Part shown: one piece after another, positions 7,987 to 16,898 of the stretch
Layout: every line of letters begins with the position of its first letter
Numbering within the stretch: the first letter of the stretch is position 1
DNA from: a virus
Lineage: Duplodnaviria; Caudoviricetes
IMG/VR virus record: IMGVR_UViG_3300044987_001206
Location: 1-36,455 of that record
Reading direction: 5' to 3' (one strand)
Length of the DNA: 36,455 nt
Notes under the pieces: model-generated
The model's input: the letters and a program-made list of their open reading frames with translations, nothing else
Told to the model about the DNA's origin: nothing
Databases searched by the model: none
Made by a program: the position numbers and the translations under genes

Positions 7987-9141
7987 TTACAGCGTGGTAG
8001 AGGTCTTCGTACGATGCACCAAGTACCAGACTGGGTTAGCAGTGGAGCCAGTGTTACCAGCGGCCAAACGCAGAGTAGCGAAGTACAACTTCACACCAAC
8101 GGTGACGAGCTGGTTCAACGGATCGCTCTTATCGGGGGTATCGGTGATCACAACCTTCGGGGACAACGGATCATCACCGGTCAAGGCAGGGATACCGAAC
8201 GACTCGTTACCGAAGAAGAACGAGGCGATGATGTCCTTGCTAACCGCCAGACCGCCACCCGCGGCGGTAGCCTGATAGATGAACTCATCAGCCGCAGTAC
8301 CGGAGCCGGTGCTGACAAACGAGTTGGTCTGAGTGACAACGCGGCAACCGTAGATGGAACCCACCTCGCCCTTGTAGAACGGGGTACCCTTGTTGCCGTA
8401 GTTGGAAGCGTTCAACCAATCGGTATCGCGCATCAAATCACGGGTAACACGAGGATCGGTCGCCAAAACGTAGCCACCGTTGATCATCGGAGCGCGGTTA
8501 CGCTTCAGGCGGGTCATTGAATCGAGGACAGCAGAAGCGGTCATCGTGGTGTTGGCGGCGGTCGTATCGCTGTTCAACGCGGAGAAGGTCTGAGTGGTCA
8601 GCGTAGCGGGGTTGCCGTACACCTTGATACCACCGGAACTTGCAACAGTGTTACAAGCATCTGAGTTATCGAACGTACCACCACCCTCGGCGGCGGAACC
8701 GATAGAAGAACCGCTCGCAGTGAGGTTAGATCCGATCAGGGTGTTACGAATGACCGAGTCAACCCAGAGGGCCATGTCCAGACCGGAGGTCTTGGTGGCC
8801 TGCTGGAGGGAGTTGAACAGGTCCGTAGCGCGGAGGATGTCGGTCAATCCGATCACCTGACCGTACTGAGCGAGGCTCTTGCTGAGGCTGTTGAGAACAA
8901 GGGAACGATAGTTTCCAGAGCTGATAGGAGTACCTTCAGAACTGATGGTCTGGACACCAGCAACGCTCGGCGCACCAAAGCGGAACATCGTGATGGCCTT
9001 GTTACCATTGTTCTTGGGGATCGGAGCCTTCATGGAGAACTGATCAAGAATCGTCTCCTGTTGGACGATCGAGAGAAGCTCCTTGCTGAAGAAGTTCTGG
9101 AACTGACTGGTTAGCGTGGTTGAAGTAGTAATGCCTGCCAT
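7987..9141 (-). CDS. Major capsid protein, N4-gp56-like family (HK97 fold)
   Basis: 384 aa; IPKNNG...FR, QYG....TD, GEVGSIYGCRVV, DKSDPLNQ..TVGVK motifs; follows the scaffold gene. Confidence 0.9.
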   Translation of the reverse strand: MAGITTSTTLTSQFQNFFSKELLSIVQQETILDQFSMKAPIPKNNGNKAITMFRFGAPSVAGVQTISSEGTPISSGNYRSLVLNSLSKSLAQYGQVIGLTDILRATDLFNSLQQATKTSGLDMALWVDSVIRNTLIGSNLTASGSSIGSAAEGGGTFDNSDACNTVASSGGIKVYGNPATLTTQTFSALNSDTTAANTTMTASAVLDSMTRLKRNRAPMINGGYVLATDPRVTRDLMRDTDWLNASNYGNKGTPFYKGEVGSIYGCRVVTQTNSFVSTGSGTAADEFIYQATAAGGGLAVSKDIIASFFFGNESFGIPALTGDDPLSPKVVITDTPDKSDPLNQLVTVGVKLYFATLRLAAGNTGSTANPVWYLVHRTKTSTTL

Positions 9142-9159
9142 ATTTTAGTTGTGGTTGTG

Positions 9160-10116
9160 CTATTGGTTGCTTTCCCGGTCGAACTCTCGTGTCGCTCGAA
9201 TGAGCGCATCCCGTTGCTCCTTCATGGATAACCGCGAGAAATCTTTCTCCTCGGTCTTAAGTTGTCCTGCCGGAACGCTTTTACCAATGGCGGTCTTCTG
9301 CTGGAGCTTGTTGAGCTGTTCTTTCAGAGACTTATTCTCGGCTTCTACAGACTGATATCGACCCGCAGTATCTTGGAGCTTCATCAATTCTACCGCATGG
9401 GCTAACCCATTGGGCAGCGTTGTTAAGATCGGAATGCGCTGCAACAACTCAACCGTTCGCTTGTACTCGTTACTAGACTGATCCTTCAACCAAGTCTCTT
9501 TCTCGGACAACTTGTTGAAATTATCTGCCCATGTCCTCGTAAAGCGTTCCTGTTGAACTTGCTGCTGCTTAACACTCACGGTCTTACGGACGCCATCAGC
9601 CTTGGCTCGCGCTGCCTTGGCCAACTGAGAGTCACCATCCGCATCGAATTCCTTGGCCGCAGCCTCGTAATCCTCAGCAGTGTAACCCTTCTCGTCCCGA
9701 AAAGAATTGGTATCAGCAACCGTGGATTGCTCCCGTTGCTTGATCCACTCTTCCCGTTCACGCTTCACCGCCTCGCGCTCGGCCCTGATAGCCTCCTTCT
9801 CAGCGTTGATTTGTTCCCAGGTCTTGGTCTTTCGATTCTGATCCTGGGCGAATTTGCTCTTCTGATCCTTCGGCTTCTCCTCCTTCTGCTTGGCCTTGGA
9901 ATCGGTCTCTGACTTACTGCTCGTGCCTACATCATCTTGCTCGCGGTTATTAACCTCTTTACTGGCACTCCCCTCATTGGAGGAATCTTGCTCAACCGAA
10001 GCTGACTCGTTTTTATTTTGAGTCTGCTCCCGTGGTTGGCTGTCGATATCGACACCAGCATCGTGATCATTGGCCAAAGCGAGCATCGCATCGGCACTCA
10101 TTGTTTCATCTGACAT
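9160..10116 (-). CDS. Capsid scaffolding protein
   Basis: Acidic, coiled-coil-rich 318 aa directly upstream of the capsid gene; likely start MSDETMS at 10116. Confidence 0.8.
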   Translation of the reverse strand: MSDETMSADAMLALANDHDAGVDIDSQPREQTQNKNESASVEQDSSNEGSASKEVNNREQDDVGTSSKSETDSKAKQKEEKPKDQKSKFAQDQNRKTKTWEQINAEKEAIRAEREAVKREREEWIKQREQSTVADTNSFRDEKGYTAEDYEAAAKEFDADGDSQLAKAARAKADGVRKTVSVKQQQVQQERFTRTWADNFNKLSEKETWLKDQSSNEYKRTVELLQRIPILTTLPNGLAHAVELMKLQDTAGRYQSVEAENKSLKEQLNKLQQKTAIGKSVPAGQLKTEEKDFSRLSMKEQRDALIRATREFDRESNQ

Positions 10117-10172
10117 ATTGTGCTTGTATTCGTTTGCTGGTCCGCACAGACGCAGCAACCGCAACTTTGATC

Positions 10173-10499
10173 CTATGTATTCGTGACAGAATCCGGATCA
10201 TCTTCCTGTCCCGTAATTGATTCTCGGTCGGCCATCATCTCGATGACCTTCACAAGACTGGCCTGACCCATTGCAAATCCAGAGGAGTATTGCAAATGGT
10301 TTCTGTCCGTAATTGCAGAAGCGTTCTGCATAAGAACAGTGTTCAGGAGAGCGTCCTTGAACTTTTTTCCGGTCTCGCTCTTGAAAAAGTTATTGAGGGT
10401 GGTCGCGTCATCCCTGTTCCAAGGAAGCGCATCGACCCAGCATTGATGCCGGCCAAAAGTCCATGCGGCGCGGACTCGTGAAATGAGTGAAATCATCAC
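10173..10499 (-). CDS. Hypothetical protein between portal and scaffold
   Basis: 108 aa, coupled start; FFKSETGKKFKDAL...GFAMGQ resembles the small head-assembly proteins found at this position. Confidence 0.6.
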   Translation of the reverse strand: MMISLISRVRAAWTFGRHQCWVDALPWNRDDATTLNNFFKSETGKKFKDALLNTVLMQNASAITDRNHLQYSSGFAMGQASLVKVIEMMADRESITGQEDDPDSVTNT

Positions 10500-10651
10500 T
10501 TAGCCTTCTTGCGACCGGCTGCGGCGCGGCGCATGAACTCTGCGGCCCCAAGATTCTTGCGACCAATGTATGCCGCGAGAGCTTTGGGATCATCCGCGCC
10601 CTCCTTCTTGAGTTGCGTTGCCAGTTTGCTGAACTTCGATTTCTTTTTCAT
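10496..10651 (-). CDS. Small basic protein
   Basis: MKKKSKFSKLATQLKKEGADDPKALAAYIGRK..., 51 aa, K/R-rich. Confidence 0.6.
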   Translation of the reverse strand: MKKKSKFSKLATQLKKEGADDPKALAAYIGRKNLGAAEFMRRAAAGRKKAK

Positions 10652-10655
10652 AAAT

Positions 10656-10901
10656 CTACCATGCCCGACATGACCAAGTTCTAGGTTTCGTAGGATCTTT
10701 CGCCGTATCGCAGTTGTGCCTCGCTCGGAAGCTCTTGCGCCGCTCCGGATCGTCCTTCTTAACCTCCATATTGGGATCACCAAAACGAACCTTGATCACC
10801 GTGCCCTTCGGATTGCGGACGTACACCGCTTTCTTCTTGGACTCGCCCGGTGTGTAGAAAGGTTTGCCTAACGATACTTTCTTTCCTTGGTACTCGGCCA
10901 T
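10656..10901 (-). CDS. Conserved basic phage protein (DUF6321-like)
   Basis: VRFGDPNM..K...PERRKSFRARHNC......WSCRAW motif. Confidence 0.65.
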   Translation of the reverse strand: MAEYQGKKVSLGKPFYTPGESKKKAVYVRNPKGTVIKVRFGDPNMEVKKDDPERRKSFRARHNCDTAKDPTKPRTWSCRAW

Positions 10902-10902
10902 A

Positions 10903-11205
10903 TCAAGATTGGAATAGCGGTGAATCCTGCAACTCCTTGATGTTCTCCTGCCTCTTAGCCTTCTGGAACCTGATCTTCGGTGCTACACCCTCCTCAAGCT
11001 GCTCCATTAACGGAGCTTGGGGCTGGGATTGCACCGGAATCGAGGTCAAAACGGGCTGAGGCTCCACAATAATAGCGGTCATAGCGTAAAATTCTCCGCA
11101 CCAATCGAAATCCAGTACAGTGGGCCAGCAAGTTGGCCTACTGGTGGGCGGAAACCGCCGGCAGGTCTTGTCGGAGGCTCGATATCGGCAATCTTTGCAG
11201 GTCAT
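10903..11205 (-). CDS. Cys-rich small protein (CxxC...C...WCGEF)
   Basis: MTCKDCRY...CRRFPP...WPTV...DWCGEF. Confidence 0.6.
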   Translation of the reverse strand: MTCKDCRYRASDKTCRRFPPTSRPTCWPTVLDFDWCGEFYAMTAIIVEPQPVLTSIPVQSQPQAPLMEQLEEGVAPKIRFQKAKRQENIKELQDSPLFQS

Positions 11206-11208
11206 AGC

Positions 11209-13101
11209 TTATTGAACCATCTGCGGCTCTGGTACGGCGGGCGGCATCGGCATTTGGGGCTGCTGCTGCTGCAACAAACCGCTGCTGGTCAGGAACTTCT
11301 GGATCTCAGCCCGCAATTTCCGCGCTTCATTGGTAGCCACCTGCTCGTACCCCTGCAACAGGCTGTCAATACGCACCATGAACGCATTCTTAGAAGCCGG
11401 ACTGAACTGCTGACCCTGTTGAATGGCGCCATTCAGGTACTGCATCAGCACACCTATACGGCCCGCGAAGTTCTGACCCGGTTTAGCCGGCACCGGGATG
11501 CCGATTAGCAGTGTCGGGATCGTCTTGGTCTCGTCCTCCAGCTCATCCTGCTGCTTCTGACCTGGATCCCGTATCAGTTTTTTGATCAGGCTCGGGTCAT
11601 CCAGCTCCATAATGCTCTTATCCAGCTCCACCTGATCCACCCAGGGGCTGTTCTGGAAGAGTTGCTTACGGTTAATGGCCTGCTGAACCATCATCTGCCG
11701 GCTGACCATGTCCATACCGCCCTTCGGTTCCAGCTCATATTGATCGTGCAATGCCACCGGATCCGCATCCAGCGAGTCCTCCGCGAAGCGGTATCGTAAA
11801 CTCTTGGAATCATACTGAACATAAAGTCCCCAAGCTTGCCGGTACATCTTGCCCAGTGCCATACGGAATAGTCGCGCCCGCAGATCCCCACTCTGCATGG
11901 CCTGAGCATTGATACTCTGGATCTCGGTCGCCGTCCGCCGGTCACTACCCCCGCCCATCGCACTACCCATCGCGTAATCCGGACTACCGATCCGGTTCTC
12001 CGCCACCGCCCGAGTCTGGTTCAGCTCCTGATCGAAGCTCACCGGGGGCTGCGGCATCTGGACCGGGGCCACGCCATACGGCAAGATTTGCCCGGGTGAG
12101 AACCGCAAGTTGATACTGTTCGGCAGCTCCCGTTCCGCTCGGAATAGCGGGCGATTATAGAGCGTCATCGCATCGTGTTTGTGGTTCCACATCGAGGTCA
12201 TCGACAACTCGAACGGAGCCAGGATCTCGCACACGCCCCGCGGGCTGAACCATCCCTTGTCCTTGATCTCATACGGGAAGTCCACGAAGGGACATTGGCC
12301 ATGATCATATGGCAACTCCATCGGATCCCGCAGATCCATGTCCACTGCCGCGGGGCTATACAGGTAAACCTCCCACACCCCGTCATCCCGCTTCTTGTAC
12401 ACCTCCCACACAATCACCCCATCGGTATTGCTCGTGTAAGTGATACCCTCACGAAGTTGCTTTGCGTCTTCCTCGGTCGCTGCCCCTGGCACGTTATCGT
12501 CCTGCTGCGGATTACCCCGAATCTTCTCGATCGTCTTGGAATCGCTCTTCCACCCGAACTGCCCAGCCATCCGCTTGTACGCCCCCACACTCATCGGCAT
12601 CACATGCACCGCCCAATCTGCATCCTGCAAATCCACGGTGTATGCCGGCACAATAAAATACATCGGGTCAATCGCCTCAAACCCCACTCGCTTATCACCG
12701 GGATTCCAGAAGCACTTGATCACCCCGCGCCCGCTCATCAGCGTGTAATCCACCCAGCTCAGGACTTCGTCCGTAAAGTTCGTCTTGTCCCGAATCTTAT
12801 AATTGAACCAGTCCTCCGCCACCTTCGTATACGCATTCAACTGCTGGCGCATCGGAACAAAGCTGGCCACAACATCCATGCCCAACGCCTGCTGGAGGAA
12901 CAGCGGCTTGAGCTTCTCGATCGCCGTATCAATGAGCGGCCAATGCAGATCCGCGGCCTTGGGCCAGGGCTTATTGGTACGTCGCAATCCGTGATGGCGT
13001 AACTCATACCACCGCGTCTGCCTTATCTCCCACGGGCTTCGCTGGGCAACAGCCTCAACAATCTGGCCCTGCAACGAATTCCGCTGTTTGTCGCTCATCA
13101 T
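11209..13101 (-). CDS. Portal protein (P22-like)
   Basis: 630 aa after terL; 'RRTATEI' motif, Q/P-rich C-terminal tail. Confidence 0.88.
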   Translation of the reverse strand: MMSDKQRNSLQGQIVEAVAQRSPWEIRQTRWYELRHHGLRRTNKPWPKAADLHWPLIDTAIEKLKPLFLQQALGMDVVASFVPMRQQLNAYTKVAEDWFNYKIRDKTNFTDEVLSWVDYTLMSGRGVIKCFWNPGDKRVGFEAIDPMYFIVPAYTVDLQDADWAVHVMPMSVGAYKRMAGQFGWKSDSKTIEKIRGNPQQDDNVPGAATEEDAKQLREGITYTSNTDGVIVWEVYKKRDDGVWEVYLYSPAAVDMDLRDPMELPYDHGQCPFVDFPYEIKDKGWFSPRGVCEILAPFELSMTSMWNHKHDAMTLYNRPLFRAERELPNSINLRFSPGQILPYGVAPVQMPQPPVSFDQELNQTRAVAENRIGSPDYAMGSAMGGGSDRRTATEIQSINAQAMQSGDLRARLFRMALGKMYRQAWGLYVQYDSKSLRYRFAEDSLDADPVALHDQYELEPKGGMDMVSRQMMVQQAINRKQLFQNSPWVDQVELDKSIMELDDPSLIKKLIRDPGQKQQDELEDETKTIPTLLIGIPVPAKPGQNFAGRIGVLMQYLNGAIQQGQQFSPASKNAFMVRIDSLLQGYEQVATNEARKLRAEIQKFLTSSGLLQQQQPQMPMPPAVPEPQMVQ

Positions 13102-13119
13102 AAATGTATACCCCTCTTC

Positions 13120-14655
13120 CTACCCGCCAACCTCGCATCCAGCAAGCGAAGACCCAGTTTCCTCCACCGGACCTATCTCATCCTCCATCCTTTCAAGCAA
13201 GCTCCTTCCATCCTCACCCAACGCTTTCAGGTACTCATCCATCCGCTTCCCGCCACCACCGCAAAACGCCAGCACCATAGCATCCGCCCGATCCGGACTA
13301 TTCACCCCGCGGGATCGTAACTCGTCCTTACCCTCCAGCGTCAGCTTCCCCTTACCATTAGTCCGTACCTTCCTACTCACGAACTGCTGCAATAGAATCT
13401 CGTCCGTTCCCACAGGCCCCAGATTCACCTTCGCTTCCTCCACCATCCGCCCAAACTCGATCCACATCTCCGCCGCCCTATTCACGAACTGATCATCCCG
13501 AATGGCCCGCTCACCAAAGTTAACCCGCCGCACATCCCAACCCTCGGAGCGGAGGGCATCACACATCACAACCCCCATACCGCCCACATCCGCATAGATA
13601 TCCGCCGCCTTCAGATTCCACTTCCTGAACTCCGCTATGAACCTACCCACACTGGCCATCGTGTCCTTATCCCGCCACCGGACCAGCCCCTTAACCGTAT
13701 TACCTTGGCGTATGACGAGGACACTCTCATCACCACCAGCCGAGAAGTCACAACCCGCGGTCAATGGCTGACCCTCCGTATCCTCCTTAGGTGGGCCACT
13801 AACCACCCTCTGCCAATCGATCGTCTTTACCGCCGTCAAACTCCCATCGTCCTCCATGAACTCCGCGTAGATCATCGATCTCACAAGCGGATGACCCTCG
13901 CCCCATCTGGCGAACTGATCATCAATCCACTCCTTCCGGATATGCGGACAATCGAAAGCCGTCACCGTAAAGGTATTCCACTTCCCATCGTTCCGCCGGA
14001 ACACATCGTAGAAATAGCCGGAGGAGCCCCCGGGGCTACTCATCAACAGAGTCCGCGTTGGCTGGCACCGTTCCATCGACTGGAATATACCGTCCGGTAC
14101 CGCCTTCGCCTCATCCACAATATACAGCAAATCATTGCTCGGACCCTGCACATGCCAGCCCTCCGCCTTCTCAGGATTGCTCGCGCTGAACCCTATGCAT
14201 CTACTCACCAGCTCCTGACCATCCACCTTCTTCGGGTACACATACCGGATCTCTCCATCCTTGATCGAGAATCCATTCTCCTCGCCACCCAATCCATTGA
14301 TCATCTTCCGAAGATGCGGCCACAGAGCATCGGCCACCTGTCGGTACACACCAGCCGTACATACCACCAAGCTCCCAGGCCAGCGGAGCATGTGCCAGAC
14401 AACCGCGCTCGCGGCTACCATGCTTGTCTTGCCAGAACCATTCGCGGCCTTGAGTGCTACCTTGGAATGCTTCTCGTTCAACGCTCCCAGCACCTTCTCC
14501 TGCCAAGGATAGGTGTCGCGAAGCCCCAACATCATCTTAGGGAAGTTGGCCAAATGTTGTGCCTCCTCCAGGAGCTTACGCTGCTTCCATGCAGGGATAT
14601 GCGAACCCATTCCTAGTGAAGGGGATTTCTTCCGTTTAATTTGCTTGACACTCAT
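13120..14655 (-). CDS. terL: Terminase large subunit
   Basis: Walker A ANGSGKT, Walker B YIVDEA, nuclease motifs GCDFS..GDES, DVGGMG, SPDRADA. Confidence 0.95.
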   Translation of the reverse strand: MSVKQIKRKKSPSLGMGSHIPAWKQRKLLEEAQHLANFPKMMLGLRDTYPWQEKVLGALNEKHSKVALKAANGSGKTSMVAASAVVWHMLRWPGSLVVCTAGVYRQVADALWPHLRKMINGLGGEENGFSIKDGEIRYVYPKKVDGQELVSRCIGFSASNPEKAEGWHVQGPSNDLLYIVDEAKAVPDGIFQSMERCQPTRTLLMSSPGGSSGYFYDVFRRNDGKWNTFTVTAFDCPHIRKEWIDDQFARWGEGHPLVRSMIYAEFMEDDGSLTAVKTIDWQRVVSGPPKEDTEGQPLTAGCDFSAGGDESVLVIRQGNTVKGLVRWRDKDTMASVGRFIAEFRKWNLKAADIYADVGGMGVVMCDALRSEGWDVRRVNFGERAIRDDQFVNRAAEMWIEFGRMVEEAKVNLGPVGTDEILLQQFVSRKVRTNGKGKLTLEGKDELRSRGVNSPDRADAMVLAFCGGGGKRMDEYLKALGEDGRSLLERMEDEIGPVEETGSSLAGCEVGG

Positions 14656-14661
14656 AAAATT

Positions 14662-14726
14662 GGGTTGGGTGGGGATGGGGGGTATAAGGTATCACCCACC
14701 CCCCTCCTGGGTGGTCCCCCGCCCCC
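14662..14726. other. Opposed G-tract / C-tract element between terS and terL
   Basis: GGGTTGGGTGGGGATGGGGGG (14662-14682) followed by CCCACCCCCC...CCCCCGCCCCC. Confidence 0.7.
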
Positions 14727-14779
14727 GTTGTCCTATTACCATATCCGCCATCCGTATACCGCTATTGCTATTGCTTATC

Positions 14780-15226
14780 CTATTTAGATTGCCCGCCAAA
14801 AGCTCCTAGTAAATTGCCGCTAACTGATAGTTCCTTACCACCTTTACCAGTATGCTCTAACGAGGCGCGGGCTACGTAACCGCGAGTACGCTCGAGCAAC
14901 CATGCGGATCCTTGCCAGCCATTACCGCATGATCGAACGACTGAGGTAAGGTCATATTCACCACGAGTCCTGGCCGCTTCGATGGCTTCCTTCCTTTCCG
15001 GATATCTCAGCAAGTATCGGTTGAAAGTCTTGTCACTCATTCCGGAAAGGGCCCAAAGCCTTTCCATCGGGAGTCCGAGCGATGCGGCATCTAGGACACG
15101 TGACCAGTCGGCATCTGCGATAGTCTTGGGATCAGGCCCGTTTTTTTTAGGTGCATCGGAAGGACGTTTTATGGGCACTTTCCCCTTTCCCCCTTTGACC
15201 AGGACATCACCCCCCTTTGCTTTCAT
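14780..15226 (-). CDS. terS: Terminase small subunit
   Basis: Upstream of terL; HTH-like segment, 'WQGSAWLLERTRGY' and 'EHTGKGGKEL' C-terminal motifs typical of terS. Confidence 0.8.
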   Translation of the reverse strand: MKAKGGDVLVKGGKGKVPIKRPSDAPKKNGPDPKTIADADWSRVLDAASLGLPMERLWALSGMSDKTFNRYLLRYPERKEAIEAARTRGEYDLTSVVRSCGNGWQGSAWLLERTRGYVARASLEHTGKGGKELSVSGNLLGAFGGQSK

Positions 15227-15268
15227 CCCTTCCCCGATAAACTTTCTTTCCCTTTCTGTATTCTGTCG

Positions 15269-15297
15269 TTGACTCCCGTCGCATCTCGTTGCATTCT
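15269..15297 (+). promoter_or_regulatory. Putative sigma70-type promoter of the plus-strand operon
   Basis: TTGACT-17 nt-CATTCT upstream of ATG at 15334. Confidence 0.55.
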
Positions 15298-15333
15298 CCC
15301 CCCGTGAACCGATCATTGGTTCCCTCTCAAATC

Positions 15334-15444
15334 ATGAAACTTAAACCCTTCCTAACCGCCCTCGCGATCCTCATCGGAGCGTTCCTCGTAATCTCAGCCC
15401 TCGCGCTCTGCGTTGCAGAGTTCCTAGTCGGAGGTGTCCTTTGA
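15334..15444 (+). CDS. 36-aa membrane peptide (absent from ORF track)
   Basis: MKLKPFLTALAILIGAFLVISALALCVAEFLVGGVL; its stop overlaps the next TTG start. Confidence 0.6.
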   Translation: MKLKPFLTALAILIGAFLVISALALCVAEFLVGGVL

Positions 15445-15719
15445 ACCTAATCCCACAAACGGTTACCGCCCGAATCTTCGAAGATGTCGGTGGATACTAT
15501 TTTTGCTCTTCGGCTTCCGCTTGTTTGGACGCCCGCGGTCGCTTTTTCCGCTCTCGGGCGGAAGCTCTTCGGGAAGCTTACCGTTCAGGATTTACCCATG
15601 CTATCGGTGGGTATCGGCGCAAGGGTGGAAAAATCGCTTCTCAAGTCTCCCTTGAATCATGGGATCATCTAGATCACACCCGCGCTCTTTCCGTTCGGAT
15701 TGAAGGAGGGGCCCTTTGA
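15441..15719 (+). CDS. Hypothetical early protein
   Basis: GGAGG plus TTG start in a TTGA overlap; 92 aa. Confidence 0.65.
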   Translation: MNLIPQTVTARIFEDVGGYYFCSSASACLDARGRFFRSRAEALREAYRSGFTHAIGGYRRKGGKIASQVSLESWDHLDHTRALSVRIEGGAL

Positions 15720-16405
15720 ACGGATTCATTCTCCACGAGGATCACGACCGCGTGATCATCGCCACCGGCTTCAATCACCCCTCCGACAACCGGAAAACCG
15801 GCGACATGATCCAAATTTGGATCCTAGTCCGTTCTGTGAGTCCCACGGAAGCGATCCGGACGGGACTTGACCGGCTTATCTGTGGATCTTGTGTCCATCG
15901 CGGACACGAGGTTGACGGTCGCTTCGGTGTGGAAAGGACATGCTACGTAAATCCCGGGCAGGCTCCGCAAGGTATCTGGCGCGCTTGGCGTGCGGGCAAT
16001 TATCCTCCCTTGCGCTCCCTTGAAGCTTTCGTGGGCCGCAAAGTTCGCTTTGGAGCCTACGGCGATCCGACATGGATCCCCTTATCCCTTGCGCTTGCAA
16101 TTGCGGGTGTGGCTTCGGGGTGGACAGGCTACACACACCAATGGCGCAAGCCATCGCTCCAAGGATGGAAAACCCTTTTGATGGCCTCCGTTGACTCGGT
16201 CGCGCAACTCGTGATCGCTCGGTCACTCGGGTGGTCTACTTTTCGCGTGGGCTCCGAAGCTAGTGTGGGTGAAAACCTTTGCGCTTCCGATCGCGACGGT
16301 ACGCCATGCGCCGTCTGTCTTCTCTGTGCGGGTGCTCGCGGCGGTCTCGAGTCTGTCCACATTCCACCCCATGGAAAGGGTGCAACGCATTTTCTCGAAG
16401 CCTGA
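15716..16405 (+). CDS. Cys-rich putative Fe-S protein (DUF7227/GP88-like, radical-SAM-like fold suspected)
   Basis: NRKTG, CGSC...CY, RFGAYGDP, GYTH, ASVDS, C-x7-CxxCxLC and HG motifs. Confidence 0.6.
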   Translation: MNGFILHEDHDRVIIATGFNHPSDNRKTGDMIQIWILVRSVSPTEAIRTGLDRLICGSCVHRGHEVDGRFGVERTCYVNPGQAPQGIWRAWRAGNYPPLRSLEAFVGRKVRFGAYGDPTWIPLSLALAIAGVASGWTGYTHQWRKPSLQGWKTLLMASVDSVAQLVIARSLGWSTFRVGSEASVGENLCASDRDGTPCAVCLLCAGARGGLESVHIPPHGKGATHFLEA

Positions 16406-16473
16406 ATTTTCCGGAGGATCCATGGGGGAAACTCCGTGGGTTCTGCGGGCAATTTATGCCTAAGCAAAACCAT

Positions 16474-16740
16474 ATGAAAGACATCCTTGAAACGTTCAAA
16501 CGCAATGCCGACCGAGAAAGCCTGAAATCCTCCGTGGGCCGGGCGATTTTTTGCCCACGCTGTGAAAACCTGATGGACTATCGTCGCGCCGTTGAATTTT
16601 CCGTCTGGGAAAACGAGACTGGCAAATGCGCCACCGTGCGTGCGATGTGCGCGCCATGCTGGGATGGCGTGCGTGAACTGGTCACGAAGCCCGGTGTGAA
16701 GTATCGGGTGGATGTGATCGACGGAAGGAAGCTTAAGTGA
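16474..16740 (+). CDS. Zinc-finger protein
   Basis: CPRC...CAPC, 88 aa; ATG after an A-rich leader. Confidence 0.6.
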   Translation: MKDILETFKRNADRESLKSSVGRAIFCPRCENLMDYRRAVEFSVWENETGKCATVRAMCAPCWDGVRELVTKPGVKYRVDVIDGRKLK

Positions 16741-16832
16741 AGCCCTTACTTCGTGTCCTAGGGTATCTTGCCCTTTGCCTGCTATTCACCCTCCTGCTGG
16801 TCATTAGTGCCCTTGCCGGGAACGGTAAGTAA
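16737..16832 (+). CDS. 31-aa membrane peptide (absent from ORF track)
   Basis: GTGA overlap; MKPLLRVLGYLALCLLFTLLLVISALAGNGK. Confidence 0.55.
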   Translation: MKPLLRVLGYLALCLLFTLLLVISALAGNGK

Positions 16833-16850
16833 ACCCAAGCCATTCACCAC

Positions 16851-16884
16851 ACCCCGTAGGTTCAACCCTGCGGGGTTTTTCTTT
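16851..16884 (+). terminator. Rho-independent terminator
   Basis: ACCCCGTAGG-TTCAAC-CCTGCGGGGT followed by TTTTCTTT. Confidence 0.85.
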
Positions 16885-16898
16885 GCCTCGAGGGTGTG

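Noticed and set aside
12175-14616. Long plus-strand ORFs (275 aa, 303 aa) antisense to portal and terL
   Set aside because: Shadow frames produced by the strong codon/GC skew; H/P/L/R-rich with no protein-like motifs.
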